Assembly (NCBI GenBank): GCA_016786965.1
Contig: JAEUVL010000010.1
Coordinates: 1 to 37,372 of the forward strand
DNA: 37,372 nt
Origin: Chitinophagaceae bacterium
Lineage (GTDB): Bacteria > Bacteroidota > Bacteroidia > Chitinophagales > Chitinophagaceae
Direction of reading: 5' to 3'
Numbering within the stretch: the first letter of the stretch is position 1; every line of letters starts with the position of its first letter. Positions 36,836-37,372 of this stretch are shown piece after piece. The position numbers and the translations under genes were made by a program. The notes under the pieces are model-generated. The model did no database searches and was not told the DNA's origin. It was given only the letters and a program-made list of their open reading frames with translations.

Positions 36836-36983
36836 GCGATAAAATTAAATGATTGAACTGTCTTTACCGGACTGTTCAGTCACTAATACTATGCAGATAG
36901 TAAATTGCTCTGGAATAATTCAAAAAAAGAAGATAGGAAAGATGAAAGAATTTAAGAAGCAACCACAGAACGTCATTAAATGT

Positions 36984-37038
36984 AAAAAGGGCCAATCTTA
37001 CGATTGACCCCCTTACTTACTAACCCATTAAATTCTAT
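36984..37038 (-). ncRNA. Candidate small RNA, about 55 nt
   Basis: TTTG-N18-TAACTTAG promoter (37070-37041), short ORF-less body, terminator gggtcaatc-gtaa-gattggccc-ttttt. Confidence 0.55.
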
Positions 37039-37372
37039 TGCTAAGTTACAATTATGCCCCACATTTCAAAATAAATTTTTTGTGCTGTGTATAACTTCTA
37101 GGACTCCTGACAGATCTAAATTAATCAAAATCACAATAAAGAATACCTATACAAGTCATTGACATTTAAGTAATTGTATATAATTAATATAACGGAGTTA
37201 CTATCCTGAAAAAAAAAATTTTCAGGGTAGAACCCAGCCTTGACATGACAAAACGGCGGGAAAAAATGCACCAACCAAAATGGCCACAAATTTGTTGTTT
37301 AATCAGTCAAAAAAGTAAGTAAAATGATAATGTCAAACGAAATGTTGATTGTTGGATTGCTGTTTTTGGGCA

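Noticed and set aside
37324-37372. Possible gene start MIMSNEMLIVGLLFLG
   Set aside because: Only 16 codons before the window ends; cannot be supported

Overview
A 37 kb stretch of bacterial chromosome that looks like Bacteroidota, most likely Chitinophagaceae (inferred from gene content, TAnnTTTG promoters and Gln-starting secreted proteins). Most of it is housekeeping and envelope genes: a deoxyhypusine-synthase-like enzyme, acpH, asnB, a cystathionine gamma-synthase/lyase, a fatty-acid hydroxylase, FAH plus flavin reductase, lysS, coaX-OMP-lptC, meaB, glycosyltransferases with an O-antigen ligase, comF and radA. There are four tandem paralog pairs. I see no rRNA, tRNA, CRISPR array, transposase or integrase. 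The best candidates for something new are: (1) an XRE-ImmA/IrrE protein with HExxH changed to YExxH, paired with a small HTH gene, a 12-6-12 palindrome over its promoter and a structured non-coding tail; (2) a ~55-nt stand-alone sRNA candidate upstream of radA; (3) a ~170-nt leader with a loop-E-like motif before an outer-membrane beta-barrel gene; (4) an acpH gene that seems to start at ATC; (5) upstream motifs shared by two PepSY-like paralogs; (6) an unannotated heptad-repeat pseudogene. All family assignments come from reading motifs by eye, not from database searches.
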